Source: the human T2T-CHM13v2.0 reference genome, Homo sapiens. From it: 64,000 nt of DNA. The DNA lies in assembly GCF_009914755.1 (NCBI RefSeq), contig NC_060934.1. One strand, written 5' to 3'. The notes beneath the pieces were generated by a model, which was not told the DNA's origin, made no database searches, and was given only the letters and a program-made list of their open reading frames with translations. Positions 12,672 to 25,391 of the stretch are shown here, in pieces (within the stretch, counting starts at the first letter, position 1; every line of letters starts with the position of its first letter). Made by a program: the position numbers and the translations under genes.

Positions 12672-14704
12672 TTATGCCCCCTGCTTTTCATAGCCAGAAA
12701 CTAAAGATGAGAGGCTTTGCTTGGTAGCACTGAGAAGTAATTTTTGGTGAACAAAGTAACATGAGTTTGAAAATTATTCTCCATCAGAAACGGGACTTGA
12801 ACTTTTCAAAATCTAAAATGTGTTTATTTAGAATAAGATAACGTCCAACAAAAAATTAGTCTAATGACTTGAAAGGCCCATTCTTCTGTGTTTAAGGCTT
12901 TCGTGTGGGACACAGGGCTGTGGCTCTGCCCAAGCACATGAGAGGGGAGCCAAAGGGTGGATTTTTTTTTCCTATGAGACTAGAGCTGAATCACTGGGAC
13001 ACGGCCATCCCGATTGTGACCACTCAGTTGCCAGATATTTTAGAGTAAGATATTGTGCACTGATATTTTTATAGATATCTTGCACAGTGATCTAATTTCC
13101 CACCGATTTCAGAAGAATGCAACCAATTACACAAACGAAAACAACGGTGACATTCATACTATAATCTGCCGTCTGTCAGTAAAAACCTTGGATCTTTAAG
13201 AGATTGATATTTCTCTTTTTAAGAGATTGGTCTATGTCAGCAAATGCATTATTTTCAAGTATGTGTTTTGGGTGTGGAGATCTTAAATAAAGGGGAATTT
13301 TATGTGCCTTTTTCATGGTAAGAGCTTGAAAAAACTTGAACCCTTTTAGTTAGGAAAGACCTCAGATTATTAAGCTTTTATTCTTTTTTTTTTACTTAAC
13401 TGTTATCCAGTTATTAGAAATAAACCAGCATTTCTCATCCATAAATCAGCCAGAAGAGGAGTAGAGAGGGGGTTACTTAACCAATTAAAAAAAATGCTTC
13501 TAAATTTCTAAAGGTGGTCTATATTAGTAATAATCACTGTCAAAACTAACTGAAGTAAAAGGGGCTTGCTCCTCAGATTCCCTCTGATAGCTACAAGGCT
13601 GCCTTTGCATGGATTTTGCTTGGAAGTACCCTCAGTTCATCCCTGAAAATGAGGTCACTGACCCCTAACACATGTTAGGCATGGTTAGCATCTTTACACT
13701 GGGACCTGTGCCAGAAAGGCCCCTGCTGGTGCACATTTCAAACCTGCTGGGGTGTCTGTGCACAGTGGCCACTCTCATGCTGAAAGGCAAAACAACATTC
13801 CCAACTTTATCTTTAAATAGAGGGGAGTGGGAACCAGTTAAAAAAAATACAGTGCTGGCAGGCTTTTGTTTTTGTAAAGGCAGTGTTTTCAAGAGATTTA
13901 CCTTGCCATATGCTGATAAAACATACCCTCATCCAGTCTGTCCACTATGATCTGGTTTACATCAAAAGGAGGATCTAGAATTCAGGCCGTGGGGGTATTT
14001 TTTCTCACTCAGAATTCAGACCCCTAAAAATTCTCTTGGAGACTGATTAGCAACAAAAACAAATATAGAGAAGAAAAAAAATTTTCCCATGGGAGGAAAA
14101 ACACATGTCAGGTGCTGGTGGGTGGGTGGGTATTTCTAATATTCCTCAACATAGACTTGATTATGTTCAGCTGCAAAATAGGATCTGTGTTTGTCTCAAA
14201 TTTTCTGATAATATAAAGTAAGATCTTAAAAAGCCAGTTTCACTTGTCTCTCAGAGGATATAAAATCATAGGTATCAGGAGAGGAGAATTTGTGTCTTAA
14301 TAATATGAGGTCAATATAGTAACATTTTGTCTTGATTTGCACCAGGCTATGGCCAACTATTTTGACTTCAAACTATTTTGACTCAAAACTTTCATTTTCC
14401 TTACACTATGGAAGTTGCAAGGTATCTTACTGTGCTGCAGACACAAAGTCACTACGCTGTATTAGGCAGAAAGCCATAAATGATGTAAGGAACTGGTAGG
14501 ATGATTTGACTAGATGACAAGCAAGATCCTCCCTGCCCTAAAAGCTCCATGATATTATGCAATGCACAAATGCTTCCACTGCTAATGGTAAGTGTTTAAT
14601 TTTCCAAACAAGCAAAGACGGAGCAGTGTTAATAAAAGTTCTATTGTGGCCAAAGTACCTAACCCAAGATGTGAAAAGAAGTATAGCCCTTTATCCAAGA
14701 TACA

Positions 14705-14994
14705 TTTCTTTCTTTCTTTTTCTTTTTTTACCCCCAGACAGTCTGTCTCTATCACCCAGGCTGGAGCTCACTGCAACCTCCACCTCCCAGGCTCAAGCAA
14801 TCCTCCCACCTTGACCTCCCTAGTAGCCAGGTCTACAGGTACAGACCGCCACGCCTGACTAATTTTTGTAATTTTCAGTAGAGACGGAGTTTTGCCTTGT
14901 AACCCAGGCTGTTCTTGACTTTTTGTGATCAAGTAATCCACCCATCTTGGCCTCCCAAGTGTTGGGATTACAAGTGTGAGCCACTGTGCTCAGC
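14705..14994 (-). mobile_element. AluJ
   Basis: Dimeric Alu with an internal deletion. Confidence 0.88.
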
Positions 14995-15686
14995 TCAAGA
15001 TGTTTTTCAAATTTAAAATGAAAACGAATTATTCAACTTTATTTCATTAGGATATTTTAGGACAGCATGAGTTTGCCTTTACTTGGGTTAAGCTATACAA
15101 GAGGAACAGACAGTTCAACCTTAAAATTAATAAAATGTTTATATTTGGTTATTCTGAAATCTAAAGATTCAAATAAATAAGTAAGCCTGGAAAATAACCG
15201 CAGATGGAGAAACCATTTCTGAAAAGTATGTTTTGCAGGTGTATTCATTACCAGACTATTTTGAAACCTCCTCTGTGTTTGAACCTGTTTCTGATTACCT
15301 CTTGAGACAAAGAAGCATGAGAGAAATAGTAATATCTTGCTCTGGAAAAAAAAAAAAGTCTATCCATTGCATTCTCAGGGCTAAGCAATTCAAAACATAC
15401 AGCAGCCCTGGAGAATTTTTTTTTTCTTAATACACGCTAATGGAATGTTAATATAAGGAAGATTTAGTCCTTTGGAAAAGTGTAATCATGTTTATTTCAG
15501 GGAATTATTTTCCCCATTGAGTTAAAATAAGATAGTAATCAAAGGTTTAATAAAATAGCAGTTAATGGTTTCTAATCTGTAAGTGTTCTAGATGCCAGCC
15601 TTCCCAAAAATACCTAAAGTATTTTTCATTTGTTTGGGAGAAGGCATGTGCTGAACAAAAAAAACATAAAGCCACTGGGGTCCTAG

Positions 15687-16139
<453 letters not shown>

Positions 16140-18169
16140 TGATGCATAATCTATTCTTCCTTGTTTACCAGAGAGAGTGGCTGCTTTAAACATCCCCCTC
16201 CTGGAGGGATCCGCTGGCATTCATCTCATCACGCCTTCATTTATCATCTTGTGATAGCATTAGTCATTTACATACATACCCTCGGCTCACCTTAACATTA
16301 AATAATCTCATGGTTCATAGCGCTGAACTAGTAAACTGGTAAGCAAAGATAGAGTAACGATTAACTCTTAGTCTTAATAAACAACTTGCTTTGTATTGAA
16401 CAAAAAAATACATACAATCCTATCTGTTATACACATCTTATATTTTGGGGTAAGCAGTGGTCACCGTATCATCTCTATCAAATAGATAGAAAACTGAAGC
16501 GAAGAGAGGTGTGATTTGCTTAACTAGCTAGAGAAAGTGCTGAAAATAGAATTTGGGTTCCCTGGCTTTAATGTTCTTCCTACCACCTAATGATACAGAA
16601 CAAGAATGAATTGGACCCACTCCTCACATACAAAGAAGGCTAAAAATGACCGACAACTTTGTCCCATTAAACATAAAATGAAACGAGATAGTATTATGCA
16701 GTTAAAATCTGGCAGTCTGCGGAGATCCTTGTTTATAAAACAAATTCCAATTTTTTGCATAGCTTGGCTACACAACAACCACCACAACACAAACTGCTGA
16801 GTCCCTTAGAGAGGTACCTCATAATACTGAGATATTGCTATATTCCGCTCAGGAAATACATAGCAGTAACTTCTGGCATTATACGTGGTAGATTATATAA
16901 AACATGACAACTGTTTGCGATTTTTCCATTTATTTGGTATGTTATGAATCAGAACAAGGATTTCAGGCCTTCATGCTTAAGGATCCTTATTATGTAGGAG
17001 GCATTGGCATGAGTCCTAAAATATTTAATCCAAGCAACTATTCACATTTTATATATAGCAACTGAAAACAGTGATAAGCTAAAACTGGTCTAGGTAGCAG
17101 AGAGAAGAGAAAGTATTTGAATAGATGAACATTTTCCCAACAGTTTTTTTTTTAGACCAGGAAATAAACAGCTTGATTTTTAGTGTGCATAGACTTAATA
17201 CTGCAAACATAACTATTTTCTTGCAATGCATAAATATACTCTATATGGTGCGAATCAGATAGGAAATTACAATACAGTGGACTTCAGCTTCCTGGTCAGA
17301 TAATTAGAGGCCTGAGGTTTAAAAGCCCAGAGGAGTTGAAGGGTGAGGCCATGGCACCAGAGGGAGAGGAGGCATTAGCTAGTGAGTTCTTGAATTTATC
17401 ATCCTAAAATGTTGGCCACCAGCTGATGCAGCTGGAGCCTTGCTAGAATTGTTGGTAAATGAAACTATGTGCCTTTTTTGGGAGGTAGGGGGCTTGCAGG
17501 GAGGATGGTTTCATGCTGATTTTTTAAAAAACAAATATACCAAAATGCTATTGTTCTTTTCACTTAAAATGTTTCATTTTTACTTAAGTCTGTAATCAAC
17601 AAAGGGATTTTAGGAGGCCTTGCTGAAAATATAGCTAAAGAAGTTCTTATTTGAATGTATAAAAAATATTTTTAAAAACAAGGTTAGCTCACTAGAGAAG
17701 TCAGATAGACAGATAGATAGATAGACTGATTTGGGATTGTAAATAATCTGTAAGTGACATTTATATTTTTCCTTGACTAGATTTGGAATTGGGAGGCTTA
17801 AACAGCTTTACATTAAATACAACAAAAGGGCAAAATATAGAAAGAGCACATACATAGACACACAAGAAATCTTTCTAGAAGTGCGAAGGAAACATGTAGT
17901 AAAGAAAATAAGGAAGGACGTTATTTTCTATGACAAAAAATGAAACAAGGAAGAGTGGACTTTACCCCAAAGTTAAGGTAACCGCTGGACTCTGTCATTA
18001 TAAGTAGTTATAACATGGAAGGTGACTTTCCGTTATGTTACCGTCTAACAGCTAAAATGTACTACGAGGGTTACTAGGAGCAAAGACTCCTATTTAAGGA
18101 GCTATGTGATATGTGTTTTCTAAGTATTTGCAGATAGATCTAGACTAATATGTCACTTTCTATTGGCAA

Positions 18170-18430
18170 GTCAATGTAGTTTAGTGATTTCAGAGTTCAG
18201 ACTCTGGACCCAGGATGCCTAAGTTCACAACCTGACTCTGCAATTCACAAAGGATGTGACTTTGGCCAAGATACTTAAACATACTGTAGTTAAATTTCCT
18301 CATCTGTAAAATGAAATTAGCAGTAAAATTTAACTCAGAGGGCTGTTGATATTAAAGGAGATAATACATGCCGAGCAGTTAGAAATGGCATGGCACACAG
18401 TTGGTCCCCAATTAACATTATCCTTTATTA
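18170..18430 (+). mobile_element. MIR
   Basis: gtgactttggccaag...tttcctcatctgtaaaatg. Confidence 0.75.
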
Positions 18431-18506
18431 ATTATCACTTTAAAATTATTTTAAGTTAATATTCTAGTTTGTTTGGCTACAATTATAACCATGAGAGTCA
18501 AACAAA

Positions 18507-18554
18507 CATACAGGGACTGAACCCACGAACTTGACCTCATTTGCCCAGTGCTTT
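18507..18554 (-). mobile_element. tRNA-Ile-derived ancient SINE head (MamSINE1-like) or decayed tRNA fragment
   Basis: Minus strand aaagcactgggcaaatgaggtcaagttcgtgggttcagtccctgtatg is 33/48 identical, ungapped, to the 3' part of tRNA-Ile(AAT) as remembered. Confidence 0.4.
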
Positions 18555-18611
18555 CAGGAAGTAAGGGAAGCAAACAAAGCAGAGAACACTCACATTGTGA
18601 TCTGTCTACAG

Positions 18612-18990
18612 CAGCGGTTCTCAAACTTATTACTCAAGGTACCTTTATACTCCTAACTATTATTGAGGAACCCCAAAGAGCTTTTGATTATGAGGATTAT
18701 AACTATTGTTATTTACCACATTAGAAAATAAAGCTGACAATTTAAAAATTAATCATTAATTTATTTTAAATTAACAATGGCAATCTTGTTACATGCTAAC
18801 TTAAAATATTTATCTTATGAAACATAACGGTATTTTCCAAAACAAATAAAAAAGATGAGATGAATGGTATTGTTTTACGAGTCTGCAAATCTCTTTAATG
18901 TACGTATTGTTTTGGTTGAAGTAGGTCAAGGATACCAGTCTTCAGGGTACTCTAGAAGGGTCTCAGGGACACCCAGGGGTTCTTGATTGA
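18612..18990. mobile_element. Charlie1-family hAT transposon fragment
   Basis: cagcggttctcaaactt...attgaggaaccccaaagagcttttg. Confidence 0.65.
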
Positions 18991-19686
18991 CCTCATGATA
19001 CAAAGGTCTAACACCTCCGAAGAGAACATTTAAGCAAAAGGCAAGACTGAGCAGGAAGCAAAGTCTAAATAAATATAGTGCTACTATTTTTGCAAAGTAC
19101 AGATCAGGATCACTCTAATCAGTACCTATTCATTGCTTTTCTGCTACCTTGCTTTAGTTCTCCTAGAGTCTTTCCAAGTGGCTATGTCCACACAGTCGAA
19201 ATACTTGAACACTAATACACTTCCCCAGTGGATGACACTGTCCATAGGATGTCCACTTAAGGTCCTTAGAAATGACATGTGACAAATAAGCAACAAATTC
19301 CATTGCAAGTGATGCTGCCAAAAAGATAGCATGAGAATTCCTTAAGGACAACTTGTCATTGTTGCATAAACACAACTACAGATACAAATCCTCTGTTCTG
19401 GGAAACTTCTACATGGAAAATGACAGCCTGATTCTGGTCACTAAAATGGAAAGTTAATTAGAGCATGTTCCTTTCAAACATTTTTAAAAATATTTAAATA
19501 TTTTAAAATAGTCTCTTGTTAGGACTAACTGGTAACTAGAAGGCCATGATTATGAGAGGCTGTACCCTTCAAAGATGAAGTTTTGCTTAAAATCTTAACA
19601 AATATTTATTGAATACATATTATATTCCAGGTTTTGGGGATCAAATAATGAGCAAGTCACAGTCTGTGTTTAAAAGTCTACAGTAG

Positions 19687-19989
19687 GGCTAGGCGCAGTG
19701 GGTCATGCCTGTAAATCCCAGCACTTTGGGAGGCTGAGATGAGAGCCTAAGAGTCTGAGATCAGCTTGGGCTGAACATAGTGGGGCCCTGTCTCTACAAA
19801 AAATATTTTAAAAATTAGCTGGGTGTGGTGGTCTACACCTGTAGTCCCAGTTACTCAGGAGGCTGAGGTGGGAGGATCGCTTGAACCTGGGAGTTCAAGG
19901 CTGCAGTGAGCTGTGATTGTGCTACCGCACTCCAGCCTGGGCAACGGAGTGAGACCTTGTCTCAAAGAAGTAAATAAATAAATAAAAAA
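19687..19989 (+). mobile_element. AluJ
   Basis: ggctaggcgcagtggg...gagttcaaggctgcagtgagc, (TAAA)n tail. Confidence 0.92.
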
Positions 19990-22900
19990 GTATGCAGTGT
20001 TCAAAATGTATCTGATCTTACAGATACAAGTGTTTTCAAAATATGACAATAATCACTGAATTACAGAAGTATGTAAATTTACAATATATCAAAATGATGT
20101 TGAGTTAGAATACAAAATAATCAATAATTCAAGACTAAATAAAGCTGAAACATATCCAGATTCTGAAAAGCGATTTTTACATTATTGGCTTCTACTTTTC
20201 AAACTGGTTGCCATCACTCACCGTCACTTGACTAAAGAAAAAAATGGCATTCACTACCCAACATTATTCTCTGGAAATGTTTGCGATCATGAATATCTAC
20301 AAAGATATTCTTACAAAAATCTTACTTACAAAAGTAAAAAGAGACTCCTAAAATAAAAGAATTAAATTCCTTACAGAGTCTTATGCTTAACGAGTGATTA
20401 TTAGTAACTATGAATATTTCCCTGAAATACACTGAAATTTATGTTATATTATCTAATTATATATTTATCAACAGTCCAATTAGAAGACACAGTTTAATTT
20501 TTATTACTAGGTTTTGCAATATATTCTGAGGATCATGATAAAACATTTAAAAAATAAACATTTGCATTAGGATAGAATTGGCAAACGTATTTACTTTGCG
20601 ACTAAAAATGTCTTAACATTATAAAGAGAATGACTTCGAAAAGATATCTCATTATATTGTAAATTCTTTTGGGTCTTACAGATAACTTAAATTTGATTAT
20701 CATCCAAATTTATAACCGACCTGAGGTAGCATCTTTATATTGTCACACAGAACAAATTTAGTTGGTAAGTAAATATTATATTTACTACATAACTAAAAGT
20801 TTCCATTTCAAAACAAACACTATAATAGTCTCAGCAGCAAAAGACAAGTTTTGTGATTTCTTTTTTTGAGTTTGACTATATAAAATATCCTACTTGCCCC
20901 CAATTTTCTTAAGTGAAAATCAACAATAAAATGAGGGATTCCTCCAACAGTTAAATATGCATTTATTACTGGATCAATCATTGAAAAATATATATATAAC
21001 ATAGGAAACATCCAAATTCAAAGATTTTCTATTTGGCATTATAGGGTAACTTCACAGGATTTAAAATTAATGCACATCAGTTGCTGTTGAATGATCTTAT
21101 TATTAGCTACCTCTAAAATGCACACTAAAATTGGATTACATTTGGGCTTTGTTCAATATTAGAGTCTAGGTTTTTTTCATGAGCATTATTGAAGAGTTAA
21201 ACTTTAAAGTTAACTTTTCATCAATCATTTATGTCAAAACTAGTTCTAGTTCTTCCATACAGAAAATCTCTAAACAATACTGTAAAAACCACAAGCCGAA
21301 CAGAAGCAGCAGGAAGTATTAATGATCATTCATGAAAATGCAATTATCTACTATACCCTCTTTGCAAGGATTTTGTCCATAGTTCAGCTCATGCAGATAA
21401 AGTGTTCAGTCTTCCATTCAAGTCAGAGATGAAGGCAGGAGAGGAATAATTCTACATTTTCCAGCAAAACCCAGTACAGCAATAGTATATGCTACTCTGT
21501 TGTGATGGAACTTCTATATGATTCGTATCGGGTCAGTACCCTTCCAGAGTTACTGCTTACGGCATGATAATTTCAAATTCAGTCTGTCATTTTATTACAC
21601 GTTTTTTCAAACAGCATGCCCGCCAAAACAGAAAACACTGCACATATGGGCTGAGATCAAATGCTTTCACCATTTAGTTGATATATTCTGACAGGAGGCA
21701 GAAACAAGATGGTCTACTTTTATTTAGGCTTTCCTTTTGGATCTCAGATTTTTTAAGTTATTAATTAATAAAAGGCCAGAACTCTTCAGGTACATTCTTT
21801 AAGACTCGTTACAGCAAGCCTTATTGCTCAAACCCTTCCCAGCAATGAGTATTTCTCAAAGCTGTCTAACTATGTAATTTATGATCATGCATATGCAAAG
21901 TTTTCAAATCCACAACTAATGGAACAGAATACACATCAAAATTTAACAGTACAGTTTGAAAGTTTTGGATGGGTAAGTTGATTATTTTTAGAGTGATACG
22001 ATTTTTAGGACTCACTTGCCAATATGCTTATATTACTAGTAAATTACAGTTGACATTAATGTCTGGCATTCATGCACAATCTTATAGCTTTATTACGAAT
22101 CTCAAAGATTACCCTTAAAAACTCTTTCTCTGAGACACACAGAATGTTTATAAAATCTCACTTGATTAAAATTTCATAATTGTACATATGCAATATTGCC
22201 ACATTCCATAAAGGTCACGAAAGGTTAATATTTTCGCAAAAAATATTCTGTCTTTAAGAGTACAAAGATGAAAACTGAATCCATTTAAAATAAAGATAAA
22301 AATTGTAAGTTTTCCAAATTGCTTTTTGTAACACTGTGAAATGACAGCTGTTTTCTCAAAACCATTAGCATGTTTGTCCACCTGATATTAGAACAAGCAA
22401 CAATGTCCTCATTTTTATGATGTCTCGTTCTAGTCATTATGACTATTTCACTAAATGTTTAAACACAATATTCAGGAATCTAAGGTGTTCTCAGAGTTAG
22501 ATACACTGATGTTAACTGTGTAACATCACACAGTTAGATGAAAGGATATAGGTAGAAACAAGAGATCACATGACCATTTTCAACCATACCATGATCTACA
22601 TAGCATTAGGTGAATCCCTCAGAATCAAATACTTCAAAATTTCACAAACATAAAGCAAATATTTACTCCCTTTATCTACACAGTATCCCTTAAGGGGGAG
22701 ATGGCTTACTATGCCAATTCTTTAAAATTATTAAACAAGATGACTTATTTATATCTATGTGCAATTCTATTAAGATGGAAATAAAATTACATTTTCCAAC
22801 TTCTAATTACATCCTTCATCTACCATTTATATGAGTTTCAAAAATAAATTTTAATTCTATGTTTTCTCCCCAACTGTAAAATTTCATATTGCCCCTTGTA

Positions 22901-23302
22901 ATTAATACATCAGAAAAAGCTGAATTTTAAAGCTGTTGGATTTCTCTTGAAAAAAGTGCAACCATATAAACCTTTTTACGCTCTTGGATTTACCAGGCTT
23001 TTCCTGCACTCCTAATCGCCCCCTGTCTTTTTGTATTTTGTTATGCATCCTCTTAAGGCAGGCCTTAGCTGAACTCACTCCAAATTACATCACAGGCAAA
23101 ACATATCTAGAGTCCGGATCGGAACAAAACAGAAAGGACAGTCCATTGTCCTACACATATTTAACTCAAGTGATCCGTAGTGCAAACAGGTTAATTTGCT
23201 TCCTACCCAGCAACAAACATTTTTTAAAAGGCACAACTATTCAGGGCAAAACAGAACTTCTATAAGGAAAGTACATTTCATTTAGGAGCTGTAAATGCTT
23301 AC

Positions 23303-23338
23303 TTGTTCTGGGAAGCTCTCTCCCTCTTCCACTGCCAT
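23303..23338 (-). CDS. ANK3: Alternative first coding exon of ankyrin-G: MAVEEGESFPEQ (exon 1f-type, muscle/heart-associated N-terminus)
   Basis: Minus strand agaATGGCAGTGGAAGAGGGAGAGAGCTTCCCAGAACAA|gtaagc. Strong Kozak (A-3, G+4), in-frame TGA 33 nt upstream, 12 codons, phase-0 donor compatible with the SDANAS exon. Peptide matches a rodent Ank3 N-terminus I recall. Confidence 0.88.
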
Positions 23339-23399
23339 TCTCTGTGGCCAAGTAAGAAACCTGATAACTCAATTAGTTAACACTTTGGACAGAGCATCA

Positions 23400-23760
23400 C
23401 ATCTAAAAATATCTGCCTTCGGAAATGTAAAGGTTTCCCCCACTTCCTAGGAAGGAGGTAGGAGCTGGTCAGAAGCAACTAACTAGAGTATTTAAATGGA
23501 GGGTGGGCGGGGCAGACAAGAGTACAGAATCCGCCTGGGCCCTTATAAACAGCATAGTACCTCCCAGAATTCCCCACGACTTACCATATTGGCTCTGTGG
23601 ATTTAGTCATGATATGTGGAATACCGAGAATAGCAGGGCAATCAGCTGGGGATTGTACCCTGGCTTTCTGGCTGCTTGGAATTACTCATGAGACCAGCTT
23701 TTGTCATTCTGCTTATCAGCACTTTCCTCTGTACTCACGCTACTCTGACATTCCTTCTAA
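23400..23760 (-). promoter_or_regulatory. ANK3: Putative promoter of the MAVEEG first exon
   Basis: TATA-like TTTAAATA (23489-23496), GC/KLF box GGGTGGGCGGGG (23501-23512), second TATAA-like site (23543-23547), CCAAT (23588-23592), E-box CAGCTG (23643-23648), GATA (23713-23718), M-CAT CATTCCT (23749-23755), MEF2-like CTAAAAATAT (23403-23412). Confidence 0.6.
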
Positions 23761-24107
23761 AGACAATACCACCATTTTCTCCTCTGTCTTTCTGGAATCC
23801 AGTCAGGCTTGACTTTTATTATTGGGCTTTTTAAACTTTTAATTTCCTTCTCTGTATTAGCTTTTCTAATGAATATATGTCTGCGTAGACATGTATACCT
23901 ACAGTTATATACACACTCACACAGACACACATGCACACTCTGAGGGCATACTTTACTGCCGAGGAGAGTTACTTTACTAAACCAATTTCCTTTTGTCAAA
24001 GGGCAAATGCAACTGATGATCATCTTTTTAAAAATACAGCACTATGCCAAACTCATGTGTATAACCGGGTGGGAGAAAAAAACCAAACAACTCATTGAAT
24101 ACTTCCG

Positions 24108-24390
24108 ATATATATATATATATATATATGTATCTGTGTGTGTATATATATATACACACTATATATAATCTATGTGTGTGTATATATATACTATATATGT
24201 ATGTATGTATATATAAAGTATATATACATATACACACACACATGCACGCACACATATACACACGCACACATATACACACACATACATATATACACACATA
24301 CACACACGTGTGTATATATACATATATATACACACACATGCACGCACAGATACACACACACACACATACATACATACACACACACACACA
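24108..24390. repeat. Compound (TA)/(TG)/(CA) alternating purine-pyrimidine tract, ~280 bp
   Basis: Directly visible; produces the spurious Y/I/H/T/V/C-rich ORFs. Confidence 0.95.
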
Positions 24391-24397
24391 ATATACA

Positions 24398-24701
24398 TTT
24401 TTTTTTTTTTTTTTTGAGACAGAGTCTCACTCTGTCACCCAGGCTGGAGTGCAGTGGCAGGATCTCGGCTCACTGCAATCTGCGCTTCCCTGGTTCAGGC
24501 AATTCTCTTGCCTTAGCCTCCTGAGAAGCTGGGACTACAGGGCCCACCACCATGTCTGGCTAATTTTTGTATTTTTAGTAAGGACGGGGTTTCACCATGT
24601 TGGTTGGCCAGGCTGGTCTCAAACTTCTGAGCTCAAATGATCTGCCCACCTCAGTCTCCCAAAGTGCTGGGATTACAGGCATGAGCCACTGTACCCGGCC
24701 C
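24398..24701 (-). mobile_element. AluS
   Basis: Poly-T followed by a full dimer. Confidence 0.92.
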
Positions 24702-25311
24702 AGATAAATATTTTTTACTTAGCTTTTTTCAACTAATACAATTCAGCTTTTCAGATATGCAACACTTTAGGCAACTTTTTACTGTTCTCACACTTCAGAT
24801 AACTTTCTACTGTTCTTACACAAGAATCAGAGCCCTAAAGAACCCATCATTATAACAACCTTCATTTATATTTTATTTAGTACAGTTCTAATCAATAGTT
24901 CTCTTAAACCTTTAAGGCTTGAAGGAACATGACCATGGTAGGCTCAATTAAGCTTCAGAAAGATCAGTGTGTAAGTCTATTCACTCAACACATAATTTAC
25001 ACAGAGACTACTAAGTGCCAGACATTATTCTAGGTACTGGGGTACAGTGGGGGAGGAAAAACAATGAATAAAACTGAGAAAATCCCTATTTTTTATGAAA
25101 CTTATATACACCAGCAAATGTGGGAAGACAGATGACAAACCATAAACATAATAAATAACTTGTTGAATATGTTCAAAGTGATAAATACTATGGGAATAAA
25201 TAGAGCATGGAAGGGGGAATCATAAGTGTGTGTTTAGGAAATGGGTATATAGGCTTTAATAGTGGCAATAATGTCACAATAATGTAGATGGGGAGGATTT
25301 TATACAAAATA

Positions 25312-25391
25312 TTATGTTGAACCATATGAAATTGCCATTTTTATAGTTTAAAACCAAGCGTATACCAGCAATTTTATGTGGATCAACATGA
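25312..25391. mobile_element. MADE2 (mariner-derived 80-bp MITE)
   Basis: 80 bp; TIRs ttatgttgaaccatatgaaattgc / gcaattttatgtggatcaacatga; flanked by TA. Confidence 0.75.

Noticed and set aside
24028-24640. Long ORFs up to 181 aa
   Set aside because: Artefacts of the dinucleotide tract plus an Alu.
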